Shown one piece after another: positions 38,816 to 47,884 of a stretch of 64,000 nt of DNA. Position numbers and translations under genes: made by a program. The notes under the pieces are model-generated. The model did not search any database. It saw only the letters and a list, made by a program, of their open reading frames with translations, and had not been told where the DNA came from. This DNA comes from a virus, in IMG/VR virus record IMGVR_UViG_3300047409_000248, positions 1 through 64,000 of that record. One strand, given 5' to 3'. How positions within the stretch are numbered: position 1 is the first letter of the stretch; each line of letters starts with the position of its first letter.

Positions 38816-39074
38816 GCCATTGGCACCAAAGGATCATCTTCTATTAATTATAGCAAACCGTTCCAGACCAAGGAAGGTTGGGATGAATTCAATCGGCGCG
38901 TGGCATTGCTGCATAACTTTGCCACCCCGGGCCAAGCCTCCGGTATTATGCGTGAAGTTCAGATATGGGAAAACAACTTCACGGGCTCTTACCTGCAAGA
39001 ACAGGAATACAACGAGATCATGAAGGCCAATGAGCTTTACATGAAACTGTGCGAGAAAGATTGAGGGAAAGACA

Positions 39075-39338
39075 ATGGACGAGTTCGACAGACTAGGTTT
39101 CAACCAGTTGCCTCCATCCGGCAAGACAGCCCTTGATCAGATGAAGGCATTGATCGATGACAGCGCAGGGCCAGCCGATGTTGGCGTAGCTGTTTCCTTG
39201 GGGCTGGGGTATCTTCTGGCTGTCTCCAATGAGCCGGAAGATATCCTCAAGGTAACGATCATGACCGCTATGAAGGTCAAGCAGATCATGGAGGCCGGGA
39301 TAGAAAAGGATCGCTCCGATGCCCAATGGTCCAACTGA
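39075..39338 (+). CDS. Hypothetical protein
   Basis: GAGGGAAA SD. Confidence 0.6.
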   Translation: MDEFDRLGFNQLPPSGKTALDQMKALIDDSAGPADVGVAVSLGLGYLLAVSNEPEDILKVTIMTAMKVKQIMEAGIEKDRSDAQWSN

Positions 39339-39585
39339 CCGTCATGAACAATACGACAGCACTCAGGATTTACTGAAACGTATTAAGGCGCAGAGTTCTT
39401 ACCAACAAAAGCAGGATCGCATCCTGCAAGATATCGCTCATGAGAAGCGTCTCAGAGTTTTAGAGGCCGAAGCTATAGCTGTAGTGGACAGGAAGCTATC
39501 CGAAGTCGAGAGGGAATACTTGGAGACCATCAAGGCCCAAGAGATCATGGATCAGATCGATGAAAACCGCAAAAGAGATGCTTGA
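39319..39585 (+). CDS. Small protein with acidic C-terminal tag
   Basis: EREYLETIKAQEIMDQI. Confidence 0.6.
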   Translation: MPNGPTDRHEQYDSTQDLLKRIKAQSSYQQKQDRILQDIAHEKRLRVLEAEAIAVVDRKLSEVEREYLETIKAQEIMDQIDENRKRDA

Positions 39586-39892
39586 TAGCGTTGCCGGGTT
39601 TGCCCTGAAGATGGAGTGGATTATAGGAACCTCTCTGGTGATTTTCTGGTTCACCATCGCGGTTGTCGGGTTCGCTTTTGTATTTGAATATTTCCATAGC
39701 AGGTCCCTTCAGCGCCATCGGGCGATACTGGAGGATGAGTACGAGCGAGCGCTTATCTATCATAAAGCCCGGGAGAAAGAAAAAGAACTGGAGCAACGCC
39801 AAGCCATTCTGGAAGAGACTGACAGGGAATACATGGACGCAATACGAGCGCAGGAAATTATAGAAGAGTTGGAAAAGGGAAACATCAAATGA
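39560..39892 (+). CDS. TM protein with acidic C-terminal tag
   Basis: TM segment; DREYMDAIRAQEIIEEL. Confidence 0.6.
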   Translation: MKTAKEMLDSVAGFALKMEWIIGTSLVIFWFTIAVVGFAFVFEYFHSRSLQRHRAILEDEYERALIYHKAREKEKELEQRQAILEETDREYMDAIRAQEIIEELEKGNIK

Positions 39893-40401
39893 GCTATGGC
39901 GAGTTCTTTCTCTATATCACTGCTGGCGCCTTCTGGGGCATCGTCGGTTTTACAAATGGCCGCAACCTGTATCGGCGCTGGAAAGCCCCGCGCCAAATGT
40001 CCAAGCTGGATGATATGATCTCCAGACTTAAGCAGGAAGCCCAAGAGGCTATGGAGGCGATGAAGATAGAGATCAAGCAGACCCCTTCCACTCCAGAGAC
40101 CCACGTCCTGTCATGGCGCTACAAGGGCGAGCTACAGCAGGTCAAGATCGTTATCGACCCGGCTCTGGATACCGCCATTGAAGGCAGCAGGGAAGAGTTT
40201 GAGCAATTGGTTAAAGAGGGTGATGCCGGGAAGCTTCAGGACCTTCTGGATGGTCTGGCCAGCAACGATGCCAAGGATAGGATTTCCGCTCAGGACATCT
40301 TCGTGTTTTCCAGAAAGGCTGTTGAGCAAATGAAGATGGCCGATATGTCCCCGGACGATATCGTCACCAAAATACTGAAAGCCTCTGGGAGGATGGATTA
40401 A
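39889..40401 (+). CDS. Membrane-anchored hypothetical protein
   Basis: N-terminal TM; ATGA coupling. Confidence 0.6.
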   Translation: MSYGEFFLYITAGAFWGIVGFTNGRNLYRRWKAPRQMSKLDDMISRLKQEAQEAMEAMKIEIKQTPSTPETHVLSWRYKGELQQVKIVIDPALDTAIEGSREEFEQLVKEGDAGKLQDLLDGLASNDAKDRISAQDIFVFSRKAVEQMKMADMSPDDIVTKILKASGRMD

Positions 40402-40892
40402 TGGGCTGGTTTACCTTTGCCGATGAGGCAGTAGCCAAGCTGTTCCAGCAGCATAAGCAGGAATGCATTGACCGAAAACCCAAAACAGATACTCTCCAGC
40501 CAGATCAACCGGCTGGAGATACTTCCATGGCAACAGTTACGATGACGACCAATCTTACTCCCTACGCCGCAAATACCGGAGTCGTAGCGCTCCCCAGCAA
40601 TAGCGGTCCTTATTATACTTATACGCCTGCTGGCCAGCTTGGCGCTGGCCAATATGTTGGCGCCGCGAATGCTGTCTACGCCTACGGTAATTCTCCACAA
40701 TACGTGACCGCTGCTTATCCGGCCGGTGGTCTTCATGGCATGGCGTGGCCTATCGCAACTCTTGCCAACAACGGACAATGGTTTGAAGCGGCTCAATTGG
40801 GTGCCCAGCCGATCCAACCAGTAGATCGTTCCGAATTCTCCGAAGAGGAAATCTCTCAGGCAGAAAAACTGATGGAGGAACTGAGTGCCTAG
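40401..40892 (+). CDS. Low-complexity protein with acidic C-terminal tag
   Basis: Y/A/G-rich; ends EFSEEEISQAEKLMEELSA. Confidence 0.6.
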   Translation: MGWFTFADEAVAKLFQQHKQECIDRKPKTDTLQPDQPAGDTSMATVTMTTNLTPYAANTGVVALPSNSGPYYTYTPAGQLGAGQYVGAANAVYAYGNSPQYVTAAYPAGGLHGMAWPIATLANNGQWFEAAQLGAQPIQPVDRSEFSEEEISQAEKLMEELSA

Positions 40893-41352
40893 AGGGCGCC
40901 CCAAAGGCCCTATCATGGCCAATGAATTCCAGAACCTGTCCCAGCGGCTTCGTTGGCTGCGGCAGAACCAGAAGCCATACATGACCCAAGAGCAGCTAGC
41001 CTATGCGTCCGGGGTTAGCGTGCAGTTCATCCGGCTTTACGAGACGGGCGGTCAAATCCACATGGGGACAGAAACCATCCAGAAGCTGGCCTCTGCCCTT
41101 GGATGCCGCTTCTCTATTCGTCTGAAGAGACTAAGCAGTCGAGAGACAATGGAGTTCCCGGCTCCAAGTGCATCTTTGCCATCCGTCCCAAAACGGAAGG
41201 GTAAAATTTCGGTGCAAGCCCGAACGCAGGCCGAATTACGCGAATGTTCTCCTTGGACAGTTTTTCACCAGCGGAAACAGGAGCGGTTACGTAAATCGAG
41301 CGCCGGAACTGAAGGTTCGCTGCCTGCGAAGGTGAAGAAGAGGGCCGGGTAG
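40885..41352 (+). CDS. XRE-family HTH regulator
   Basis: LRWLR...MTQEQLAYASGVSVQFIRLYETG...TIQKLASALG. Confidence 0.8.
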   Translation: MPRGRPKGPIMANEFQNLSQRLRWLRQNQKPYMTQEQLAYASGVSVQFIRLYETGGQIHMGTETIQKLASALGCRFSIRLKRLSSRETMEFPAPSASLPSVPKRKGKISVQARTQAELRECSPWTVFHQRKQERLRKSSAGTEGSLPAKVKKRAG

Positions 41353-42166
41353 CCTCCCATGCTTCCCTGCACGCCGTTACAAGAGCCCCAAACTCCATAG
41401 GCTCCAGACTAAAATGGCTATCTGGGCCGCCAGCACTGCGGCTAAGGCAGAGGTGCTTCTCGACAATGCAGGCACCAAAAGCGATAGCAGCAGCAGAGAC
41501 CCCGACACCAAGAGTATGATCTGATATTCCAACAACATGTCTTCCTCCCAGAAGACTACTCAACTGTCCCAACCTTGGTAGGTTGGACTGACTGGCGCTG
41601 GCCGGATAAGCACTGATGCAGTGCAATAAGGCTACATCAGGATTTGCGGAAAATCTATTGATGGTATTCAGTGCATCTCGGATTTCCTGAGAGCCCCCCA
41701 TTCCAGTAGATAGGATGATTGGTCTGTCAGTTTCTGCCGTAGCTTGGATGAGCGGCAGATCAGTAAGCTCAAAACTCGCGATCTTGTAAGCAGAAACATT
41801 GAGCCTTTGCAGCAAGTCAATTGCGGTCTCATCGAATACCGACGCGAACACCTCGATCTTTCTAACAGACCTAGCGTAATCGAAAATTCTCTCAAACCAC
41901 TCTGGGGGAGTATGAGCCTCCCGATAGAGATCGTATAAAGTCCTTCCCTTCCATGGACCGTCCTTGATAAGGAAATCATCTCTGTCACTCTTCATGGTAA
42001 TTGTATCAGGCGTGTAACACTGAAGTTTGACCGCATCAGCGCCATTAAAATAGGCATTATCAATCAGGCGATATACGTTATTGATGTCACCATTATGATT
42101 GCCAGAAAGCTCAGCAATCATATAGGGCGACTGATCCGGCCCTATCTCTCTGGTGCCGATCCTCAT
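41114..42166 (-). CDS. pseI: Pseudaminic acid synthase (NeuB family, SAF C-domain)
   Basis: IAELSGNHNG, AVKLQCYTPDTIT, LYDLY..AHTP.EW, YKIASFE, LSTGM, SDHTLG, GGPDS.FSLEP, FRRS. Confidence 0.92.
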   Translation of the reverse strand: MRIGTREIGPDQSPYMIAELSGNHNGDINNVYRLIDNAYFNGADAVKLQCYTPDTITMKSDRDDFLIKDGPWKGRTLYDLYREAHTPPEWFERIFDYARSVRKIEVFASVFDETAIDLLQRLNVSAYKIASFELTDLPLIQATAETDRPIILSTGMGGSQEIRDALNTINRFSANPDVALLHCISAYPASASQSNLPRLGQLSSLLGGRHVVGISDHTLGVGVSAAAIAFGACIVEKHLCLSRSAGGPDSHFSLEPMEFGALVTACREAWEATRPSSSPSQAANLQFRRSIYVTAPVSAGEKLSKENIRVIRPAFGLAPKFYPSVLGRMAKMHLEPGTPLSLDCLVSSDE

Positions 42167-42378
42167 TTCTTCTCCAGATCGCGCGGGATATAATCCTCTG
42201 TGGCCATGGCTCGCATCAGGCGGGATATTTCGAGGTCCATGACGAGTATCTTCCCCATGACTTCCTTGGTGGATTTTGGATCAGCCCTCATGGCAATCCG
42301 AAGTATCTCCATCCAGTTGTTGTTATTGTATGACCTGACACGTTCGATCTGGTCCAGAAGATGCTCATCAGTGATCAC
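42163..42378 (-). CDS. Small phage hypothetical protein within the sugar operon
   Basis: IE.VR..NN.NWM.ILRIA motif; coupled to its neighbours. Confidence 0.65.
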   Translation of the reverse strand: MITDEHLLDQIERVRSYNNNNWMEILRIAMRADPKSTKEVMGKILVMDLEISRLMRAMATEDYIPRDLEKK

Positions 42379-43489
42379 TTAATCTCCTCCTCAATTCATC
42401 TAGATGTTCCAGCTTGATATCATAGGAGCATGTCTCGATCAGCATCAGCTTGCCGAGACTGCGATAGACATCGGTATCCAGAAGCTCCATCTGGCGCTGC
42501 GGAGTAAGCCACTTGTTGCTAACCGTCATGGTCAGCAGGTTACCATGATAGCCAAGCGAAACCGGGATGGGATTTCTAGCCCTAATCCAATCTACTATGG
42601 TGGAAGGATTGTATTCCTCACTGGGATCAACCAGCATCGAGAAGGCGTAATAGGTATGGTCGCAGCCCGCTCTGGGCTTGGGAACACCGAGAAATTCAAA
42701 TCTGGAAAATATCTCAGCAAGATGGCTGGCAATCAGTTGCCTGCTGGCAACGATGCGGGGAAGTTTCTTGAGTTGTTCTCGCCCTACGGCTGCGGTCAGT
42801 TCTGTCATGCGAAGATTAAGCCCGGGAGTTTCCTGATGACGGCACTCACCATGATTGATGGCGTCATGTAGCTTCATAAGGAGATCGCCATCCTTGGTCA
42901 TTACCATGCCGCCCTCTCCGGTCTGGATATGCTTGTGTACGTTCAGGGAGAACACGCCCATATGGCCGATGGTGCCGGTAAACTCCCCGTCCTCGCGCGC
43001 CATGATCGCCTGAGCGTTATCCTCAATCAGGATAATACCGCGACTGTCACACATGGAACGCAACTGCTTGAGCTTGGCTGGATGGCCGAACATATTGGTG
43101 GCGATCACGGCTTTGGTGTTTTCCGTAATCTGCCTGCCGACATCATTGGGATCAAGGCAGAACGTTTCGGGTTCGATATCCGCCAGAATGATCGTGGCTC
43201 CCAGCACCGCAGGCGCACAGGCGGTTGCTGACATCGTGAAGTAGGGAACGATCACTTCATCCATCGGCCCTACACCAGCCGCCATACAGGCTGCCAGCAA
43301 ACCAGACGTGGCTGAATTACAGGAGACGGCATATCCGCCAAAGGCGCTTTCCCATTCAGCCTCGAATAATGTTACCTCCGCGCCTGCCTTGCTGCTGCTT
43401 GCTACAAAGCCTGACAGGTTGCCGCTGCGGATCACCCGCAAGACGGCCTCTTCTTCCTCTTTGCCGATGGTCAAAAACTTCTGGATCAT
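42368..43489 (-). CDS. DegT/DnrJ PLP sugar aminotransferase (PseC role)
   Basis: NSATSGL, IEDNAQA, FSLNVHKHIQTGEGG, NLRMTE. Confidence 0.9.
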   Translation of the reverse strand: MIQKFLTIGKEEEEAVLRVIRSGNLSGFVASSSKAGAEVTLFEAEWESAFGGYAVSCNSATSGLLAACMAAGVGPMDEVIVPYFTMSATACAPAVLGATIILADIEPETFCLDPNDVGRQITENTKAVIATNMFGHPAKLKQLRSMCDSRGIILIEDNAQAIMAREDGEFTGTIGHMGVFSLNVHKHIQTGEGGMVMTKDGDLLMKLHDAINHGECRHQETPGLNLRMTELTAAVGREQLKKLPRIVASRQLIASHLAEIFSRFEFLGVPKPRAGCDHTYYAFSMLVDPSEEYNPSTIVDWIRARNPIPVSLGYHGNLLTMTVSNKWLTPQRQMELLDTDVYRSLGKLMLIETCSYDIKLEHLDELRRRLSDH

Positions 43490-43616
43490 TTCTTTTTCTT
43501 TTCTTCCAGCTTATCGATTAGAGATAATATGACTGCGCTCTCAGCCGCCCTCAACTCTTTGAGAACCTCTATCCTCCCCTTGAGTGACCTGATAATCTTT
43601 TTGTAAGTTTTCTTCT

Positions 43617-44534
43617 TCATAGGTAGGTCCGCAATTGCTCTATGGTCAGGAATTTGGTGTTGGTGTCGCTGGAGTACCGGAAACCCGGCTTGACGTTGTT
43701 GCTGATATCCGGGTTCAGGATGTATCGATCATGAGCTTCCAGCGCCAAGTAGCTCTCCTCCTCCGTCATCAGTACCTCATGCAGCTTCTCGCCCGGCCTG
43801 ATGCCAACGATCTTCATGCCGAGATCAGGCGCCATCGCGGTTGCCAGATCAACCACGCGCATGGAGGGAAGCTTGGGGATGAATATCTCACGGCCCTTCA
43901 TCATCGAGAGGGATGAAAGGACAAGTTCTACCGCCTGATCCATCGTCATCCAGAAGCGTGTCATGCGAGGGTCCGTGATCGGTAGTTCCTGCTTTAGCCT
44001 ACTAAGCCGGTCAAATAGAGGAACCACAGAACCCCTAGAACCAACAACGTTCCCATAACGGCAGACAGAATAATTACATCGTCCAGCACTGACATTATTT
44101 GCGGCGACAAGGATTTTTTCTGCGGCGAGTTTAGTCGCTCCGTAAAGGTTAAGCGGTGATACAGCTTTGTCAGTAGACAAGCCGATAACACGGTCCACAC
44201 CAGCAGCAAGACTAGCCCGACAGACATTTTCGGCTCCATGGATATTGGTCAGCACGCACTCGAACGGATTATATTCCGCAATCGGCACCACCTTCATGGC
44301 AGCCGCATGGATTACAGTATCGATCCCGTTCATGGCCATTTGAAGGCGTGGCTGGTCGCGGACATCGCCAATGAAGAAGCGCAGGCGCTGATCATCGAAC
44401 TTCCGCGCCATATCCTCCTGAAGATGCTCTCCGCGCGAGTATATGACGATGCGATCCGCCAGCTTGTCATCCAGCAGCCGCTTGGTGAATGCCTGCCCAA
44501 ACGATCCAGAACCTCCCGTAATAAGAACCCTCAC
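43617..44534 (-). CDS. pseB: UDP-GlcNAc 4,6-dehydratase (inverting)
   Basis: GGSGSFG, FFIGDVRD, AEYNPFEC, STDKA, YGATK, RYGNVVGSRGSV, MTRFW, GIRPGEKLHE. Confidence 0.93.
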   Translation of the reverse strand: MRVLITGGSGSFGQAFTKRLLDDKLADRIVIYSRGEHLQEDMARKFDDQRLRFFIGDVRDQPRLQMAMNGIDTVIHAAAMKVVPIAEYNPFECVLTNIHGAENVCRASLAAGVDRVIGLSTDKAVSPLNLYGATKLAAEKILVAANNVSAGRCNYSVCRYGNVVGSRGSVVPLFDRLSRLKQELPITDPRMTRFWMTMDQAVELVLSSLSMMKGREIFIPKLPSMRVVDLATAMAPDLGMKIVGIRPGEKLHEVLMTEEESYLALEAHDRYILNPDISNNVKPGFRYSSDTNTKFLTIEQLRTYL

Positions 44535-44875
44535 TTAACCTCCAAAATCTCTACGCCAGCTTTTCGGGCCTTATTGATCATATCAGCGGTGCCGTTTCCG
44601 CCCGGGAAGGCGACTACCAAATCAGGGCCCCACGTCAGCATATGTGCATTTCGTATTGGACCTGCGGCTAGTCCATGCGTATCCCAGTCAGCGTAACTTA
44701 CGTATCTGGTAATTTCGGGCTTGGTCTTGGCCCAATCACTGGCAAAGGTATCAACTCCTTTGGCGCCACCATGAATGAGATCAGTAAACTTATGGATGGA
44801 ATGCAGGGCATCCAGCGCCTTCGATACTTGCGCTGGACTCCTGAAGTTCCTGCCACCACAGACCAGAACTCTCAT
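44531..44875 (-). CDS. YspA-related SLOG family protein
   Basis: RVLVCGGR, IHGGAKGVD, AAGPIRN, AFPGGNGTADM. Confidence 0.88.
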   Translation of the reverse strand: MRVLVCGGRNFRSPAQVSKALDALHSIHKFTDLIHGGAKGVDTFASDWAKTKPEITRYVSYADWDTHGLAAGPIRNAHMLTWGPDLVVAFPGGNGTADMINKARKAGVEILEVK

Positions 44876-45075
44876 TTGTGCTCTTTTACCAAACCAAGGA
44901 AATCAAGAAGTTGATGGCGTCCATCGGCACGCTTAGTGTGCTCTTGCGCCTTGGCAACAGTAGCATCTGCTTTGGCTTTGGTATTTTGCATGGACGCAAA
45001 GGTGAGGAAGCCTACGGCCCCTACCATAGTTACAAAGCCCGCGATCCAAACAATCATTGTCCTGCGATCCATCAC
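44872..45075 (-). CDS. Small membrane protein
   Basis: One TM segment; coupled to its neighbours. Confidence 0.55.
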   Translation of the reverse strand: MMDRRTMIVWIAGFVTMVGAVGFLTFASMQNTKAKADATVAKAQEHTKRADGRHQLLDFLGLVKEHK

Positions 45076-47054
45076 CTAACTCCCTTGGCTGCAACCAGAC
45101 CACCATCCAGATGTTCTAGGATGTCAGAGCCTACGGCTTCTTCGATCTTCTTGAGGGCTTCGTGCCATCCGCCGATGATGCGTAGAAATTCAGACTGCCT
45201 GTGGACAGCACTTAGATTATGGCTTCCGATAATCAACACACCAGCCTTAGCCATCTCCTGAATGAACAGGGTCTGGATGCCATTGTTCTTGAACTTGATG
45301 CGATTGAGTTCTGGTAGCCCATAAAGACTGATGAAGTCTTCAAGGCCATAATCGCCGATGATCTTGTTCAAAACCGACCGCAAATTAATGCCATCTAATT
45401 GAAGCTTTTCATGAACCAAATCCCGCTCCAGCTTCTCAATGGTGGCGATAGCTGCTGCGATGGAAAGCGTCTCGCCAAAGAAAGTCCCGGAATAACTAAT
45501 CTCTGGCATATGCTTCATATACTTCTCCAGACCAACCAGCGCCGATATGGGCATGCCGTTAGCCATGGATTTGCCGAAACATGCCAGATCAGGAATGACG
45601 CCCAGCGAAGCCTGTAGACCACCCAGACCACACCTGAAGCCGGTAATGATCTCATCGAAGATCAGGATGATGCCACGATCAGTGCAATCAAGCCTCATTT
45701 GCTTCAATTCCTGTGGAGAATAGAATTCAGGCTCCACAATGCAGGCAGCAATCTCACCTGAAGGAGTTATCTGATCAAAGGTACAGCTATTGGCCTTGAC
45801 CCCATCCGGGATGCCATTATTGCGTATGGTATGAGCCATACTCCAATCGTGCCAGCCGTGATAGCCTCCCACCATGACCTTATCGCGCCTCGTCACATGC
45901 CGAGCCAGTCTTACTGCTGCTGTAGTGACATCAGAGCCGTTCTTGCCGAACTTCACCATCTCAGCACAGGGGATATGCTTAGTCAGGATGGAGGCAAGTT
46001 TTTCCTCCAGTGGTGTCGCAAGACTAAAACTAATACCAGAATTAAGCTGATGCCTAATAGCTCCGTCCACGTCTGGGTCACGATACCCAAGTATGTTAGG
46101 CAGAAGGGCACCGACGCAATCAACATAATCATTACCATCCACATCAAATACATAGGCCCCATCTCCATGGGTAACGAACAGTGGCGCTGCGCCCTCCGGG
46201 AACATCAGCTTGCTCTTGCTGAAAGTTTGAGTTCCGAGAGGTATTAAGCTCTCAGCAGCGCTCAGCAATGCCTTGGAGTTCGAGTAGGATCGCTTGACAC
46301 TACCCTCGCCAGCTAGCGCTTCATAGAAGCGTTCGTTGCGGGAGTATTTCGCGTTGATCTTTCTAATCCACGGCTCCTTATCAAGGATTGACAGGATTTG
46401 TAGATAGCTGGGTGGCGTGCCGCTATCCCCAAGCATCTTCGCGACTTCCCGAACGAAGTCATAATCCTCCGGACTATCGAGAACCCATCTCTCCCGAACC
46501 AGATCAGGAACGCCGCAGACAAGGTTAGCCGCCAGAAAACGATAACGGTTTCGGACCATAAATCGCGTAACAGTATCCCGATCAGTTGGCCGCACTGCTT
46601 CACGATTTGCCGCCTCCAGAGCATCTTTGGTGAACACTTCCACATCAAGGCCATCCGGGTAAGTGGGAGGATCAGTGTTAGTAGCATAGTCAGCATTCCT
46701 CATAGTGCGAAGCCGAATGACTTCACCGATAACGGCTGGATCAAGGAAAGGGCAATCAGCGGTCAGGCGCACGATGATATCGGCACCAGTAGCACTCAAT
46801 GCCGCCAGATAGCGCGAGAGTACATCCGTCTCGCTGCCTCTGACGACATTGATACCGCGTTTGGATGCCCACTGAGCAATGGCATCATCCTGAGGGAGGG
46901 TGGAAGTCGCGACAACCACCTCATCCACGCCCGGGGCACGGCGGGCAGCTTCTACCACCCATTCAATGGTCGGTCTACCCGCAATGTCCATCAATACCTT
47001 GCCCGGCAGACGGGTTGATCCCATGCGGGCCTGAACTACAGCTACGGTCTTCAT
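45072..47054 (-). CDS. spsF: SpsF-type cytidylyltransferase fused to a class III PLP aminotransferase
   Basis: N-terminal QARMGSTRLPGKVL, RGSETDVL, RLTADCP; C-terminal QTFSK, FDEIITGFR, PDLACFGKSMANG. Confidence 0.9.
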   Translation of the reverse strand: MKTVAVVQARMGSTRLPGKVLMDIAGRPTIEWVVEAARRAPGVDEVVVATSTLPQDDAIAQWASKRGINVVRGSETDVLSRYLAALSATGADIIVRLTADCPFLDPAVIGEVIRLRTMRNADYATNTDPPTYPDGLDVEVFTKDALEAANREAVRPTDRDTVTRFMVRNRYRFLAANLVCGVPDLVRERWVLDSPEDYDFVREVAKMLGDSGTPPSYLQILSILDKEPWIRKINAKYSRNERFYEALAGEGSVKRSYSNSKALLSAAESLIPLGTQTFSKSKLMFPEGAAPLFVTHGDGAYVFDVDGNDYVDCVGALLPNILGYRDPDVDGAIRHQLNSGISFSLATPLEEKLASILTKHIPCAEMVKFGKNGSDVTTAAVRLARHVTRRDKVMVGGYHGWHDWSMAHTIRNNGIPDGVKANSCTFDQITPSGEIAACIVEPEFYSPQELKQMRLDCTDRGIILIFDEIITGFRCGLGGLQASLGVIPDLACFGKSMANGMPISALVGLEKYMKHMPEISYSGTFFGETLSIAAAIATIEKLERDLVHEKLQLDGINLRSVLNKIIGDYGLEDFISLYGLPELNRIKFKNNGIQTLFIQEMAKAGVLIIGSHNLSAVHRQSEFLRIIGGWHEALKKIEEAVGSDILEHLDGGLVAAKGVR

Positions 47055-47884
47055 TCTAATCCTGCTTTCTGTCTCGCTTGCATCACAATTTCCAGTGCGG
47101 CTACTCCATCAGCGCCATCAGCCAATGGTCCGGGATCACCACCATCAACGGCCCGAAGGAATGCGCTCATCTCATCAAGGTAGACCTGATCCCAATTATC
47201 CTTGGTCAGGCTGTATCTTGCAGATTTATTCGAACCGATTATTTCAAACTGGCGTATCTCAGGATCGGTGATATAATCCGCTGCAATCTGAACATTCATC
47301 TCATGCTCAATGGACGAAGCTTCGATCAGGCAAGATATATCCTGCCCTTTGTTCATAACAGCAAGGCACTCACTAACATGCAGATTACCTAGCAGATATC
47401 TTGCGATATCAATCTCATGAGAAGCCCAGTTTCGGATCACCCCATCCCTGAGATATTCCGGCTTTTCGTTTTTTTGCCTGACCTCAAATGAGGCGTGCTC
47501 CAGCCTGCCAAAATATCCTCGTTCTATCTTTTTCTTGGCTTCCTGAACCACCGGATGGAAACGGCACATGAAGCCAGTTGCAACAACCAGATCAGGCTTT
47601 GCCCTTCTGGCGCCCATGATTAGTCCAGCGATAAAGGGCGGGCTATCAAATCCAATAGGCTTCTCAACAAGTACGTGCTTACGAGCGCCAAGGACATCTA
47701 TAAGGTCTGAGGCATGCGCCTTGGTGGGAGACGCAATGATCACAGCATCAGCTTCATGGATGACATCTACTCGCCGCATGGATAGCTGCTCAGGGTCATA
47801 GGCGATAACCTGATGACCCAGCAGCATCAGGTTGCGGGCGTGTCTTGTGCCGATGGAGCCGAGTCCGAGAATTCCGACAAGCAT
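47051..47884 (-). CDS. Gfo/Idh/MocA NAD(P)-dependent oxidoreductase
   Basis: GLGSIG, VLVEKP, SHEID. Confidence 0.9.
   Translation of the reverse strand: MLVGILGLGSIGTRHARNLMLLGHQVIAYDPEQLSMRRVDVIHEADAVIIASPTKAHASDLIDVLGARKHVLVEKPIGFDSPPFIAGLIMGARRAKPDLVVATGFMCRFHPVVQEAKKKIERGYFGRLEHASFEVRQKNEKPEYLRDGVIRNWASHEIDIARYLLGNLHVSECLAVMNKGQDISCLIEASSIEHEMNVQIAADYITDPEIRQFEIIGSNKSARYSLTKDNWDQVYLDEMSAFLRAVDGGDPGPLADGADGVAALEIVMQARQKAGLE

Noticed and set aside
38805-39064. Apparent -1 break or TAA read-through giving the tagged ORF ending at 39064
   Set aside because: The start cannot be fixed (GTG 38805 plus an indel, ATT 38843 or GTG 38900). There is no evidence for recoding because TAA is used as a normal stop throughout.
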